64,000 nt of DNA from Camelus dromedarius (taxonomy: Eukaryota): contig NC_087437.1 of the NCBI RefSeq assembly GCF_036321535.1, forward strand, positions 39,744,001-39,808,000. The letters run 5' to 3'. The number at the start of each line of letters is the position of its first letter. Within the stretch, counting starts at the first letter, position 1. Shown piece after piece: positions 37,325 to 51,230 of this stretch. The notes beneath the pieces are model-generated. The model was not told the DNA's origin, searched no databases, and saw only the letters and a list, made by a program, of their open reading frames with translations. The position numbers and the translations under genes were made by a program.

Positions 37325-38680
37325 AAGACACTCATAGCTCCTGAGATACCTCACTGTCCGCTTTCCCTCCTGCTGCCCTGGCGATGCATCTCTGTGGTCC
37401 TTTAGGATTCCTCCTTCTTTTTCAGCCTCAAATGTGGGCAAGACTGACAGCTCAGTCCTTTGCCACTTTCTCCTCCTCACCCTCTAGCACATCCCATACA
37501 CCCCGGAAGCTTTAAATATCACATGTGAGTTGATGAGTCCTAAACTCATCTCCAACCCATATCTCCACCTTTTCTTCCTTAGGTGCAGACTCATGTATCC
37601 AGCTGCCCACTCAACAGCATCTCTTTAAGATTTCACAGTCATACCCAGCTTACCACGTATATAAATTATAACTATAAAACAAAATTCCTGATTTATCCCC
37701 AAACTGGTTTTTCACCCAATATTCTATATCATGGGATGTGGCTCCACTGGTGAAACAATACTTTAGTTTCCCTCCCTCTCCGTTACCCATAACATCCTAT
37801 CCATAATTCTTAGCTTTTCTTTCTCCTTCACAAACAAATCATAGCTCCTTCCCCTCCTCTCCAATTTCACTGCCATCACTATTACCAGCCACATCATCAC
37901 TGCCCTACAATATGCCACCTTTCACTCTGAATCTTGCCCCATCCAATCTCCTCTCCACACAGAGGCCAAAATAATCTTTTAAAAGCAGAATCTAGTTAAG
38001 AGACATCCTTACTTAAAACTATAAAAGACTCTCCGTTAAGAATGTTTTAAATGTTTAACTAGTGATAGGCAACACATTCAAATTTTTCTAAAGAAATAAA
38101 GAGTATAAAAAGGCATATAACATAAAGCCCGCCCTAGCATCCTTGCTTCCCGTCTAACCAGTCCCTCCTCGCTCCCCACAGGTTAAGGCTGCTCCCAGGT
38201 TCCTAAGCCCTACTTCTCTTTTAACAAGCTGCTAACACTTTGCCCTGGCTACTGAGCCCAGCTGGATCAGAACCTGCTACTTCACCCTCATCTCTTTCTG
38301 TGCTCCTCCTCCTGTTCTGTGCTCTGCTCCCCTGGCCTTCTTTAATTTCATGAATTCACCGAATTCTTTCCTGCCTCAGGTATTTACCCACATTATTTAC
38401 CTTAGCTAGACCACTCCTCTCTCGTATATTCTCCAGGTCTCTCCATCTCTTGGCAGGCAGATTTTCCTCTGTTGCTTATTTAGCAAACTGACCCCAAGTT
38501 GTAATTATACATCAGTTTATTTATTCGTTTCCTGTCTGTCTATTTCCTAGATGTTAAACTCCAGGAGAGCAAGCGCTGGATCTATTTATTTTATCTTCTG
38601 CAGCTGGTAACCCGGTCACTTACAAGAGGGGTTCAATCCTAGGGGCTCAATGAATATTAAATAAAGTGAATAATTAATAA
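37325..38680 (+). mobile_element. Long L2 fragment interrupted by an L1ME-like piece (about 38050-38200)
   Basis: gctttaaatatcac..gatgagtcc..gactcatgtatccagctgcc..ctccacacagaggccaaaataatctttt..gctcaatgaatattaaataaagtgaa. Confidence 0.8.
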
Positions 38681-40094
38681 TTTATATCTGTAAAATTGAG
38701 ACTTTAATTAGGTATTTCCTGAATATTTATATTTGCAGATGCAGTGAACCATATTACACGAATTGAGATATAAAAGGAACACTTTGCTCCTCCAAAAAAG
38801 TGAGGAGGCAGGGGTCTTTAAAAAAAAAAAATTCTTTATGTTGAAGAATGTCATGGTTTTATACACAAAGGCTGCTCTAGGCATAACAAATATTCTATCT
38901 TCTGCTCAAAAATAAAGGGCAAGTAAGAAATACATATTTTCACATGACATCTTACAACATATTTATAAATCGAAAGCTATTGCATTGCATATTGCAATGC
39001 ACTTCATGCATTGTGACTAAAGCCCTTTGTCATCTGTTGCGTAGGCATTTTCTTTTACTTATTCTCTTGCACTTGCTATTATTTTTTTAATCTAAAGAAA
39101 GACATTAAGTCAATAAAATTTTAGGAAAAAACACTTCTAAGGGTGAGTGAAGTGTTTATCTCTTATTTCCTTTTTAAAAAAGGGAGGTGTCTAATGCTTT
39201 GTCCTGAATGAGCTTGTTATGATCAAGAATCCTCTCCCCACAAAAGACGAGTCTTCCTTCTCATCCTGAGCGTGGCTGCACATCGAAGGACACTCCAGAC
39301 ATTTCCCTTTCAGATCTCAAAAGGAAGTATTAATCAGACAAAAGATGGGAAATGATGACATTCAGCCACTAAGGTTTAACTCAAGTGGCCAAGTTTTAGT
39401 TGATCACAGGGTACAGGTGACTATCCATCAAATAACCCATCATAACACACATTAAAACGTCTGGGTTAATCAGGACAGAAGCCAAGAATAATATTTTTTG
39501 CTGACGCTCAGTGAAGACTACCAAAGGAATTCCCCTGAAATTGTACTCTGCAAACATGCACAACCTAAAAAAATAATGATAACATAAAAGGAATTCTGCC
39601 TAACAGGACCTTAAACAAGACGGCAGCACATTCTTTTGATGAAGTACTGAATAGCTTGGATGACATCCGCAAGTTCAAATTACAAAAATGTTAAAGTAAT
39701 CTTGTTATTCAATATACAAATATGTTTGCAGGTATAGTATAACCCTCCCCAAAACATCAGAGAATTTGATCAAACATTCAAAATGTATTAAATGATATTA
39801 ATAATAAGGCATAAACTACTGATACTATCAAACTCACATTTCTTTTCCAACCCTATCTTCCAAGAATTAATTTCATCTGGAAATCAGTGACAATTACATA
39901 TATAGGTGAACAGAAAGCTGTAGGATACGGACTGAAAAAGAAATAGATCTCTTTATGATTAATACCCCAACAGCTTTTTATTACTAATACTAGAATTGGT
40001 CTTGTTTCAATATCTGCCTCAAATCTTGTCCTAGGTGAAAGTAAGAAATGCTACCACAATTTAAAGTAGTCACCTTGAATTTCTGTTGCCGCAC

Positions 40095-40280
40095 CATGAT
40101 GTAAAGGATAAAGCACCAACCCGAGAGTCCAGAACTTGATTCTTGCTTTCCAGTGTGCTAGCACAGGACTTCCACTGAGGCCAAGTCAGTTAGCTACCTG
40201 GAGCCTTAGTTTCCTCACCTGCAGAGTTGGATGTGAGCTTGATGATGTCTGCAGCCCTGTCATACTATGTGATTCTATGA
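40095..40280 (+). mobile_element. MIR/MIR3 SINE
   Basis: ggccaagtcagttagctacctggagccttagtttcctcacctgcaga..tgtgattctatga. Confidence 0.75.
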
Positions 40281-42279
40281 AGAGCTATACAAGCAACCAT
40301 TATGATCACCCTAAGGCAAAACCAAGCCCCCCAGAACACTGTATATCTGCATCAGGACAAGAAGCCATTCTAAACAAGAGACAGCTGGGGGCCTCAAGCC
40401 CTTTTCTATTTTTATATTTATTAAAATACTAATAATATCTCTAGTATTCTGTAACTTTCTGTAGCTCCTAAAAATAACAAAAATTCTCAAAAGGTTCACT
40501 TGGGCAATTTTGCAATTAATTTCTCAATAACATCGTATCTTTAGGAGATTAAAGACATTTTTGTCTCTATTAGAGACACAGCCGTAATTTTTTGCACATG
40601 CTATGTATTAACACACAGTCAATGGTCAGTCCATAAATGTTGGCTGAGCACCCACCATGTGCTAGGCGCTACCTGTACGAAGGAAAACACCCTGTCCCTA
40701 CTGGCAAGACACTCAGGTTGAGCATATGAAAATGCTGATACTCAGCCCTTTATGGCTCACACAATGGCGATTTCGTATAACTAAGTGTTACAGAAAATTG
40801 TGTCATCAAACAGATTAATCTTTAAAATGACCATAGACATTCTGGAAAGTCCAATTATCTCTGGAAAGTCATTATGATGTCATTTAGTGATTTCCTAGAG
40901 AATTTCTTAACAGGGATTTTTGTTGTTTATTTTGTTTTTTGGGTGTGTGCCTGCTGTCCTTGTTGTCTGGAAACATGCATTAATAATTATTCAGTTTTTA
41001 TGCATTTGTTTCAGTGCCTTTACCATGACTGGTTAATGACTGACTGGTCTACCATCTCCTTCACAGCAGTTGCTTGCCAGGCGCGCAAGCCCGGACGTAC
41101 ACAAGCAAGATGACTTGTTTCCTTTTCTAATCTTGAGGCACTCTTCCTTGTCTTCTAACAGACATAGCTACGTTCCTTTTCTCAGAGCTTGTTAGACTGC
41201 TTGAGAGCAGGATCCGAGCCTATGCTCTTTATATGACCCACAGTCTCTATCCCAGGGTCTTGCATGCAGTAGACACAACACAATTACCAACTGAATGATA
41301 AATTAAATTATAAAGGGAGATATCTGATCAAAAAGATACAGTAATATCCAAACGTGAAAGCTATGCAAAAACAGATACTACATTTCTTGCCAACCATGTT
41401 ACTATTTGTCAAGTGCTTTGCAAAGGCAGTCATATCATATTCTAAAGTTACTCTTCACAATGACTCTAAAATAAAGCAATCACAGTATCACAGAAATGAG
41501 GCATGCCCAGCACATTAGAGAGCCTCATGCATTGGACAGTAGGTACACCTCGCTACGTCAGTTAGTACAAGCAAATTTCCAGCCTTGCTTTAGGAAAGGA
41601 AAATATTCGTCAGGAAAATGAATAATAAGGTTTGCATTGTGATACAATAAGGGAAAGGCTTGGTAAGTTTATACAAAGACCACGGACAGCTCAAAATATC
41701 CAAGTACAGTTAGACTTTCTTTAAATGGAGTTTTCTTTCAAAATAAACAAATAGCTGAAACTATCCCAATTGTGAATAACTGTCTTAAAATTTGAATACT
41801 ATACCTATCTAAGCAAAATCAAAAACACTTCCCCAAATGATTAGCATGTAGTGCACATATCAATTGCTCCATAGCACAAGAAATGTCAAATGGCATGGAG
41901 ACAATGCCATGCCTTCCTGTACAGCACAAACATATTTCTTCTTGAGACACAGTTTACATAATACAGGAAATGGCTTCATCTGGTTCCTGGTCTTTTTGAT
42001 CAAGTCAAAAGCCTTAAAGGAAAAAGTGTTTCTCTTACATTTTACTTTTTTTTTTGTACTTTTGTTTTTCACCAATTATGTTTCCCTAAATTGAAAATGG
42101 GAGCTGGACAGATATGGAAAGAGACATCCTCTAAGAAATACTTTACTGAAAGGCAAACTTGGGGCTTTCTCATGAGTTCTACAGGTGGCCAAAAAAAGAA
42201 AAAAAAAAGCCTGTGATTCAAGGAAAAGTTGATTCCACAGTTTAAGATGAAATATTCACTTTAAAAAGATAAATAAAAG

Positions 42280-44290
42280 CAAAGGCCTAGAGGTAGGAAG
42301 TGCTGGGAGTGTTTGAGAAGCAAGGTGGCACTCACTGTGCTGGTTCAACAGAGGAGGAGGTGGAAAGAGGTGAGGTGAGAGAGGGTCTGGGCCTTCGGGG
42401 TCTTATGAGTGCAGCTGGGACTTTGCATTTGCTCCAAGTGAATCGGGAAGCCATGGGAGAGTTTTGAGCAGAGGGGCGAACTGACCTAGGTTTATAATCA
42501 GCTACTGTGGCTGCAACATGGAAAACAGATTATATACAACAAAGGTGGAAGCAAGGAGACCAACGAGGTATATATTACCTTCATCAGGCCAGAAATGGCA
42601 GTGTCTTGGACCAGGCAGTAAAGGTGGCAAGAAGCAAATGGGTTGTAGATGTACTTTGAATCAATGAACTGATATGATTTAATGATTAATTAGATTCAGG
42701 TATACAAGAGAATGAAAAGAGGCAAGGACGATTCCAAAATTTTTTGACCTGATAGAATGGGGAAGAGGGTAGAAAGAGCAGATTTGGGGAGGGAGGAAAA
42801 AAACCAAGAGTTCAGTTTTAAACATGTTAATAGTGAGACACTTTTTAGACACCCACCAGATGTCAGCTGGAAGCTGGGTCTCCAAGGTTGGAGGTAAAGG
42901 AAAAGTCTAGGGTAGAGACAGGAATGTGGGAGTCATCTGTGTGGGGATGGCATCTGAAGCTGTGAGAATGGAAGATCACTGGCTGAGAGAAGGGGGATGG
43001 ACAAAGATGAGAAGAGATTCAAGGACAGAGCCTCTGGGTGCTCCAATACTCAAAGGGTAGAAAGAGGACAAGGACCAGCAAAAGAGATTTAGGATCAACA
43101 AGAGAAGTAAGAAGAGAAGCAGGAGTGAACGGTTTGCAGGATTTCAAGTGACTAGAGTTTTTCAAAAAGGAAGAAATGATTAATTGAGTCAAATTCTAGA
43201 AGTAAGTTGACTAAAATGAGACCTGAGGCTATGACCAATATGGGAGTCACTGATGGCCTTAACAAAGTAATCTCTGTGACATGATATAACATGAGATAAG
43301 AATGAGAGAGAAAGAGAAACTGCAGACTACAGTGTGTTGCTTTACGGAGCAGAGAAATAATGCAATAACTAGAGTGGTAGGTGAAGTCAAGAGAGGTTTG
43401 TTTCTAAAGATGGAGGATTTACAGTGTGTTCATACACTGATGAAAATAATCAAGCTGGAGAGAAAATCTGGTGATGCTACAGAGAAATGGGAGAATTACT
43501 AGAGTTATGTCTATAGGTGGGTGAGAGAGGATGAGATCCTCTGTACAAGGGAAGGCATATAACTTACACTGAAGCAGGGAAGTCAGGAGCAGGATGATGG
43601 GAGAGAAGGCAGAGTGAAAGGGGACAGATGCAGAAGGCTTCCTCAGTTTAGTGATGTGGCATGTGGACATTCTCATCCTGGTCTAGTTTCTCAATTAAAC
43701 AACAAATACGGTTGTTGGCTGATAGTGAAAAAGAGAAGAGATATGAGAATTAAGGAACAGAAGGAGGTATAAAGTAGGTGCTATAGACTGAATGTTTGTG
43801 TCCCCTCAACCCAAAAAATTCATATGTTGAAACCTAATCCCCAGTGCAATGTATTTGGAGGTAGGGCCTTTGGGAAATGATCGATTGGGTCACGAGGATG
43901 GAGCCCTCACGAATAGATGCAACGCTGTTATAAAAGAGGCCACAGGGAGCTTCCTCCACCCTTCCTCCTTGTGAGAACACAGTGGAAAGATACACATCTA
44001 TGAACCAGGAAGCAGGTCTTCACTGGACACTGAACTTGTCAGTGCCTTGATCTTTGACTTTCCAATCTCCAGAAGTGCAAGAAATAAATTTCTGCTCTTT
44101 ATAAGTCAGCCCATCTATGATATTTGTTCTAGCAGCCTGGATGGAATACACAGTAGTTCTTTAGGAATGGTATAGAGGTAGAGTAGGCAGCGAATTGGAT
44201 TTAACTAGGGTTGGGGACTGGCTGGGTAAGAAGTTGAGGGGATATGCAAAAGGGTATTCCTAAATCATGGGCCAAACCAGTTAAAACTAC
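42280..44290 (-). mobile_element. Long L2 fragment (hosts the MLT1A LTR)
   Basis: gggaagccatgggagagttttgagcagaggg..aagagttcagttttaaacatgttaa..gtgggagtcatctg..tctaaagatggagg. Confidence 0.85.
43779..44152 (+). mobile_element. MLT1A/MLT1A0 solo LTR (ERVL-MaLR)
   Basis: TG..CA ends; tgctatagactgaatgtttgtgtcccc..aaattcatatgttgaaacctaatcccc..agaaataaatttctg..; near-TSD gtagg/gtagt. Confidence 0.92.
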
Positions 44291-44319
44291 TGAGCCAGAA
44301 CAGCCAACCAGGACAGTCA

Positions 44320-44407
44320 CTGATCAAGAAATAAACTTCCGTTTTATTAAACCACAGTCTTTTGGGGGTCTACCTGCCACTGCATCCTACCTAACATAAC
44401 TAACACA
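44320..44407 (+). mobile_element. MLT1 LTR 3' end
   Basis: agaaataaacttccgttttattaaaccac..ttttggggg..taactaacaca. Confidence 0.6.
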
Positions 44408-44944
44408 GAATATAAGCTTCTTTATAACCCAGTTTCATCTTATTTCTGAATTTTTATTCCTTGTGATCTGCCAAACACAACTAGCTATAGCTTCCTAGAA
44501 TATCCCCAACTTCCTCCTCCCTGTCTTCTTCACCTGGTCAGCCTCACTGGGTTACTTCTCTTCTCCGGTCATTCACTCCATAATTATTTTATTGATCACC
44601 TCCTAAAGTGGGTCAAGTGTGAATTGACTTCATTGCACAATAAGTATCTTTTCCACAGATTTCTGCAGTGATTGGCACATATTTAACACTTGTTTATAGA
44701 TGAATGAATGAACAAATGCACAACCATGAGCTAATCCCTAATCATTTATCTCTAGAGGTAGCCTGTGAAGAGAAAAGAGAATTTATATAACGTGCATAGT
44801 TCCTAGGTTGTGCCTCCATCCATGCTCTGCTCTAATACCACACAATCAATGAAATCGGTTAATTAAAATTACTATTTCATAAGTTAAATTTACTCCTTTC
44901 CAATTTCTTTTCACATTCATTTTTCATTCCCTCCTAACACGTGA

Positions 44945-45170
44945 GAAAAAGAAATGAGAAGAGAACAGAGAAAGAACAATAAAAAACATTCGAGAAGACA
45001 ATGGTGTTGGGGGTGGGAGGACAGAAGAAAGGGAAAGAAAAAGGAAAAGAAAGGAATGAAACAGAGGCAGGGGTGGGGAACTAGGGAAGAGGAAATGGGG
45101 AGAAGGAAAAAGCATTAGTAGCAGAAACAGAAGGAAAAAAGATAAAGGGAAGATCACAAAGAAGGGATAC
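44945..45170. repeat. Purine-rich (GA) low-complexity tract
   Basis: Directly visible. Confidence 0.7.
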
Positions 45171-45289
45171 TGAAGAAATTGCTTGCAAAGCACTGAGAGG
45201 AGTTTGGAAATTCTGGGAAAAAGCTGTAAAATTCTGGAATACATACAGTAATCCTTTATTCCTTTAAATATCTATTAATGGTTACAACA

Positions 45290-45480
45290 GGTCACATTTA
45301 CAGAATGCCTCCTATGTGAAAAACACCGTGCAGAGCCTTCTGTGGTTATCATGCCTACAATTCCCCACTACTATTATTCTTATTTTACAAAAGGGGAAAT
45401 TGAGGCCCAGAGTAACTTACCAAAACACACAGGGAGTGGGATTGCTGAGCCTCAAACCTAGACCCTCCCACCACGCTCTT
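45290..45480 (-). mobile_element. MIR SINE
   Basis: tattttacaaaaggggaaattgaggcccagagtaacttaccaaaacacacag. Confidence 0.75.
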
Positions 45481-47899
45481 ACCCACCATGACTCATCTGT
45501 CTTTGCCCATGCTGCTTTTGCAATCAGAATATACAGACCAGGGCAGATTCTGAGCCAGCTGACAAGGCTTTCTCACATCCCCATCCTTCCCAGGCCAAGT
45601 CCAAAGGAAAACTGAGAAGGGAGTCATGAGGAGCCGCCAGGAACAGCCCCGTGCTCCCTGACCCAAAGGACCTGAATGTGAAGCAGATGGGACCCAGACA
45701 CTCATCCAAGACTCACACTGTCCCGTTCTGCTCCTTTGACACTTCATTTGGATGGATCTGTTTATTCCTTTTAAAATACAATTGTGCTCACAAGTTGGGA
45801 ACCAAGTACACAGACAGAAGCCTCTTCTGGAGATGTTCTGCCTCTGTCTGAATGAGGATGAGAAAGACAATTCAGCCATATCTTACTGGAAGAAAAAGTT
45901 ATAAAATACTTTGTATTTTTGCATCTTACAAAAAGCTTTGTATCTTTGCATCTTAGGGTCTTTGGACAAAATTTTCTGGGTGTGTACATATCAGGAATAC
46001 CAAATTCACAGCCATATACTACCATGTCTCTCTTCAGCACCAACAGCAATCACTATTATCTGAGCCCCACACATCTTCAATGAGCCTGAATAGAGCCTCA
46101 GAATCCTCCACAACACAGTTCTCCAGGCAGCCATTAACAACGATAAGGAGCACGAGGCTGAAATTAATCTGTAATTCCTGGTACAGACACGCGTCAGCAC
46201 TAGATACAGCCCCATAACATCATAAACTGCCTTAACACAGGTCCGGCCACACATGAACCCCAGTGTTTAAGGCTAAAGGCATTTGTTCTTTGGTCAATAA
46301 TTTTTTTCTCAACATACTCAACAAGAGCTTGTGTTTCATAATGAGAGTTTTAGGAGCTAATTAAGAAACAATACATTTAAACTGAGAAATGCTAATGCTT
46401 CTATAATTCACAGTAATTTTTAAGGCCTGACCAGGAAATAGAAAACTATTTGACAGGGTCTGGGCTAAAAGCCATGGATGGCATCCGCTATTTAATGTTG
46501 TATAATTTACAAACTTCTGTTCTTTCAACAACTACTCAGAGGATGGAGTTGCTAAGAAAATATACAGCTCAGAAACAACACAGAAGAGCTAACCCACCCC
46601 TCACATCTTGCAAAAAGGCGCTGGCCCTAAATGGGAAGATAATATGTACAAACTGCCTGCCAACAGCACCCAGATACTAAACAGTCTCACTAGACAAAAA
46701 AATTTCAGTTTCTTAGGATGCCTCAATGAACTAAAAATCTTTTGATTCCATGAGCAAAACGCGTTTGCAGCTGACACAGTCACATCCTTAGTGTTTGATG
46801 ATTTTATTTTATGCCTCTGGGTCTATAAAATCAGGCATAGGGCACAAATGTCACACAGACAGGAGGTTTCGTGTCCATTCACGTACATTATGTCAAATGT
46901 TCTCCACTTAGAAGAAATATAATTTTAACCAAGTCTTCATTATTACATTTCAGTAGCCAGCAAAAAGTCCTGCCTCTCATTCCTCACTTATATCTTAGAA
47001 TTCTCCTGAGACTGGCAGTCGCAATATTTAATAAATTAGATCCAAAAGTGCATGATTCCAGAGATACAGAAATAGAGTTAACTTTTTCCCAGTGTCAGGA
47101 CCTACAAAGGGGTTTATTAAATGGTTCCTTTCACTTAGAGTGGTCCTCAGAGCAACGTGGCCCAGGGATGAGGGTTTCAGTGATATCAACACTATTACTG
47201 ACTTAAGCTGTTAGAAAGGTTTTATTAGCTTTTTTAAAAACTCCCTGCCAATTCTTGCATTAAAGTTAAACAAATCACTGGAAGGATAACATCTTTAAAA
47301 AAATGGAATGATCCTAAGAAGTTTCAAGACTCAAAGTTTTCAGAAAGGTTAAACAGCATTGGAAAATGTGATTGGAGACTTTTTTTCCCTTGTTAATATG
47401 ACAATCATGATATAACACTCAAATGAAGGTGAATATCCTGGAAAAAGAATTCCTTTTGTCAATTGGTGGTCTGTGGCTTGAGACTTCACTGAAATGTTTC
47501 ACTTGAAAAGGCTATGAAAACATCAGCCACCGATCCAGAAGTTCTCAACAGCTCAGAGATGCAAGGTCATTCATAATTGTCTCCATCTTTCTTTCCTCTC
47601 TCTAGAGTATAATTACTTCAAGAAACAAAATCCTGGTTTATTTTACCGAAATCCAGAAACTCACTGCTTATGTAGAAACAGCCACTTCCCTTATCCCTGG
47701 TTTAAATATCTGTAACTGTCACCACTCCCAGGTATATTCCACAGGACAATGCCTAACCCTTGGTGGGTCTCATTTGCAGAATCTGCATATCATTAAAATA
47801 TCAGCTCACCAGTCTTTAGTGCCTGCAATGAATGAGTCATCTGCAAACAGATATTAACATTTGGTTGGGAAGAAAGGAGAGGGGATTGTGTCGTGGAAA

Positions 47900-48095
47900 A
47901 ATAACAGAATCCACTTTGGAAATTAGAATCTCAGCCGTATCATTTACTAGCTGTGAGAGAGCAGTAAAGTCATTCTCCTGCCCTATGTGTAAAGTGGGGA
48001 AACGATATCCACCTGGTCGGATTGTTGTGTGGATTAAAAGAGATACACATCTATGGACACATGGGTGATAGAACCTCAATAAATTGACTATCTCA
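47900..48095 (+). mobile_element. MIR SINE
   Basis: catttactagctgtgag..tgtaaagtgggg..gattgttgtgtggattaaaagagat. Confidence 0.75.
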
Positions 48096-48159
48096 GTTAA
48101 GGAAATATTTTAAGAGTATAACACCTGAATAGGACAGGAGAAGCAGCTTGTAAATCACC

Positions 48160-48830
48160 TAGCTAGGACCCTTTGCAAGTCTAAAGGATTTAGCAAGTAG
48201 GAGATCACTCTGCCAGAGCACTTTGAGAAGAGATGGAGATAAAAATTACTGTCTAGAGAAATAACAGTAGGGAAGGAAATTGAGAAAGTAGATATGAACC
48301 TTACTTTCAAGAAGTGTGGCTGTGAAGGGAAAGACAGAGAAATATGGAATGGGGCATTGGATTTGGAATGTGTGTATCTATCTGTTGAATAACTTTAGGA
48401 TGAGAGAGTCCGAGGATTTGCATGGCTGAAGGTCAAAGTCAGATAGAAATAGGAGAACCAGATGATTTATCTGCCAATCCAGACATTTTTGAGAATGAAA
48501 GTGGATGCCATTCATAATTATGCTTGGACAAAAGGAGTATACTGGAGCTGTCCCAGGCCAACCAGAGTCTGGCGGCCCTAACGATAAAGGGAGATGCTGA
48601 AGATGCACAGAAGGAAAGAAAACTGATGGAGAAAGATCCCTGAGTTGGAAGGAGAGAGGGAGAGAGCAGGAGCCGAGCAGACACATATTCGGTAGGGGTA
48701 AGAGAGGGGAAAAAAGTGAACCCTTTCTCATGTGCCAGACACGGAGCATGAAGTAGGGGCTAGAGGAGGAGGCAGTGTAAAAGATGTAACTGGAAGGAAA
48801 GAGGAAATACACTCCTAATGGTTTCTATCT
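48160..48830 (-). mobile_element. L2 fragment (L2c-like)
   Basis: gagaaagtagatatgaaccttactttcaagaagtgtggctgtgaaggga..actcctaatggtttctat. Confidence 0.6.
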
Positions 48831-50046
48831 TAATTCACTGCCAGACTAATGAGACTGCATTTGCTTTGGAAGAAAACAAGGAGTCACTAAAGATTTTTTT
48901 CCAGTTCCCAAGGCTATCCTTCCCAAGCTGGCATTATTGAGGGCCAGACAATTTCTCCAAGGAGCTTCAAGTTTGTTTACATGATCTTACAAAATAATCT
49001 TTATCTCTCCACATGTGGCACCCCTGTCAGCACAATCATTTACTTCTGAGAAGAAGATATTTGACACTTCGATTTTGCAGAAGGATTAGCTGGGTCTACT
49101 GGTGCTTCCTCTTAGGTGGTGCTGAGAGTATTTCTAACCCTACTATGTTATCTGAACCCAGATATTTTTCTTCTGACTCTCTGCTGAGATATGATGAAAC
49201 TTGCCGGAGAGGTATAAAGGTAATACCTAACTGACAGGAGCAGAGACTGGGTGCAAAGGCTAACACCCAGTCTTACCTTACATTCACAAGGAGGATCTGG
49301 GGCTTTGTCTTTTGTCTACTGCTTTATTACCTGTATCCATGTGTTCCCCTGGCAGCTCGCTACACTGTATCTCAACAAGCGCTAGGTGAAAGGAGCCTCT
49401 TTGTTAAAAATCACTTGAAAGTTTCTCCCAAGTCTGAACACAACTGGCCAAGGTGGAATCAACCGAACAGCTTAGTAACGTTCCCTCTCTGAGAAGTGAA
49501 CTATCATGTGGTTAATTCATTCCAGAAGAATATTTCACCATTCTAGAAAAAAAAGTTTCTTAGAAATGGCAAATGCCCATGAATGCCTACTAAAGGTAGA
49601 TGATACCAGACTCATTTATCAATAAGCTCATCAATGATGGAGTGTGTTTAAAGAACAACAGAAATGATTCTCCAGGGAAGACATATAACACTCCAACCTG
49701 TCACGCTCAGGATGTGCAGTCGCTATATGTGTTCAGACATACGCATTCACAACCAAGCCAGGAAAGACCTGCTATCCCTAAGGTCATCTGGACCTCAAAA
49801 ATAACTGGTTTGAGGAGTTCAGAAACCAATGCTCAGTGAAGAGTCATCACCTCTCCCCTCCTTCTTCCCCTAGTATTGTGTGTGTTTCCCTTCTAGATAC
49901 TATATTTGGGAGTTTCGTAGTGAAGTATGAAGTCATTTAAAATTCACCAGTGAATGTTGGATAGCCTTTTGTCACATAGCCCCCAGATCTATATTTCTGT
50001 ATCATGGAAGTGCATAGGTATTCGAAGGACCCATGAATTAGAGGAT

Positions 50047-50066
50047 AGACAGACAGACAGACAGAC
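50047..50066. repeat. (AGAC)5 repeat
   Basis: Directly visible. Confidence 0.9.
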
Positions 50067-50729
50067 CAGGGAGAGCTTATCTAAAAGCAACAGTATGTCA
50101 AGATTTCAACACTGAGCCCAGAAACCAATTTATGGCAAGACTGATGTCTTTCAGTAAAAGAACATGTAACTATTTACCAAATATGAGCACAGTCTCACTG
50201 CGCAGGAGGCCACCGAAGGACCTGAGCATTGCTTCTGCAGCCCTCCCTTCAAACAATGCAGCCTTGTTCCATGGCCTCCCAGCTGTGACAGGCATGATAA
50301 AAATGGAGATTGTTTTTATGCTCTATGTGCTGTTTCTTCACTGACAGCAGCATGGTTATTCGCCAAATAATCAGAGTATGTTGGCATTTTTATAAATAAA
50401 GTGCTTGGTCTTGACAGTAATCTGTGCAGGGAGGACTTGGAGGATGGACAAAAATTGTCTTCTTTCCCATGCATAGAAAAAAAGCCTCCTTGGCTATTTT
50501 TCAGCACACTGAAATTTCTTTTGACCAAAAGGCAGCCAGAAACACAGCTATGACATCAGCCCAGCCGAAGCCCTGCTCTCCCCAGAAGGACACAGGGAAG
50601 TATTTCTTTCCTCCATGGCTTGCAGGAATGTGTTCCTGGGGCTTCCTGAGTTATACAAGGAGGATTTTATTTCACTAGAGTAGAGGTCTGGGAGTGAAGT
50701 AGGAAGGAGTGTGGAACATTCAGCGAACT

Positions 50730-50830
50730 CCCACCGTGTTCTGTACTTACTGAAATTGTTTTGTTTCATCCTGACAACAACCCTGGGAGGTGGGTATTAT
50801 TGTTCCCAATTTACAGACAAGGAAACCGCG
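50730..50830 (-). mobile_element. MIR fragment
   Basis: catcctgacaacaaccctgggaggtgggtattattgttcccaatttacagacaaggaaac. Confidence 0.8.
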
Positions 50831-50999
50831 CACACTCTGGCATGGATGCAAACACCCTGTCCACAGCAATCTGGCCTAGAAGTAGTCAGAAGTAGAGGGA
50901 TTGTGAAAGTGTGAGAAAGGGGATACATATTTCTCCTTTAAAAAAATCACTTTGCGGCTAGAGGATTGCAAGCATATGCTCTGCTGTATACATTTAATA

Positions 51000-51230
51000 T
51001 TTGTTTTGTCCAAAAAGTGTTGCAGTTTTCGAACTATTTTATAGACAACATCTCTCAAGAATTCATTTAAGAAACCCTCTGAGTAGGAGGTAGGCTTAAT
51101 CATTATTTGACAAATGAGAAAACTGACCTGAGAGTTTAGGCAAAGTGCCAAAGTCACAGCTAATGAGCGGAAAGAAAGGAACTCAGGGCCCATCTTCTGA
51201 TTCTTCTCCCCTGGTGCAATATCTTCCACT
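51000..51230 (-). mobile_element. MIR SINE
   Basis: tttgacaaatgagaaaactga..gccaaagtcacagctaatgag. Confidence 0.75.

Noticed and set aside
44849..44861. TGAAATCGGTTA matching the miR-29a 3' half
   Set aside because: Seed TAGCACCA and hairpin are absent
44924..45244. 106-aa hydrophobic F/L/S-rich ORF
   Set aside because: Antisense translation of a purine-rich low-complexity tract
45909..45955. 20-bp direct repeat (similar short duplications at 8606-8626 and 40841-40870)
   Set aside because: Only two copies; ordinary slippage duplication, not an array or CRISPR-like structure
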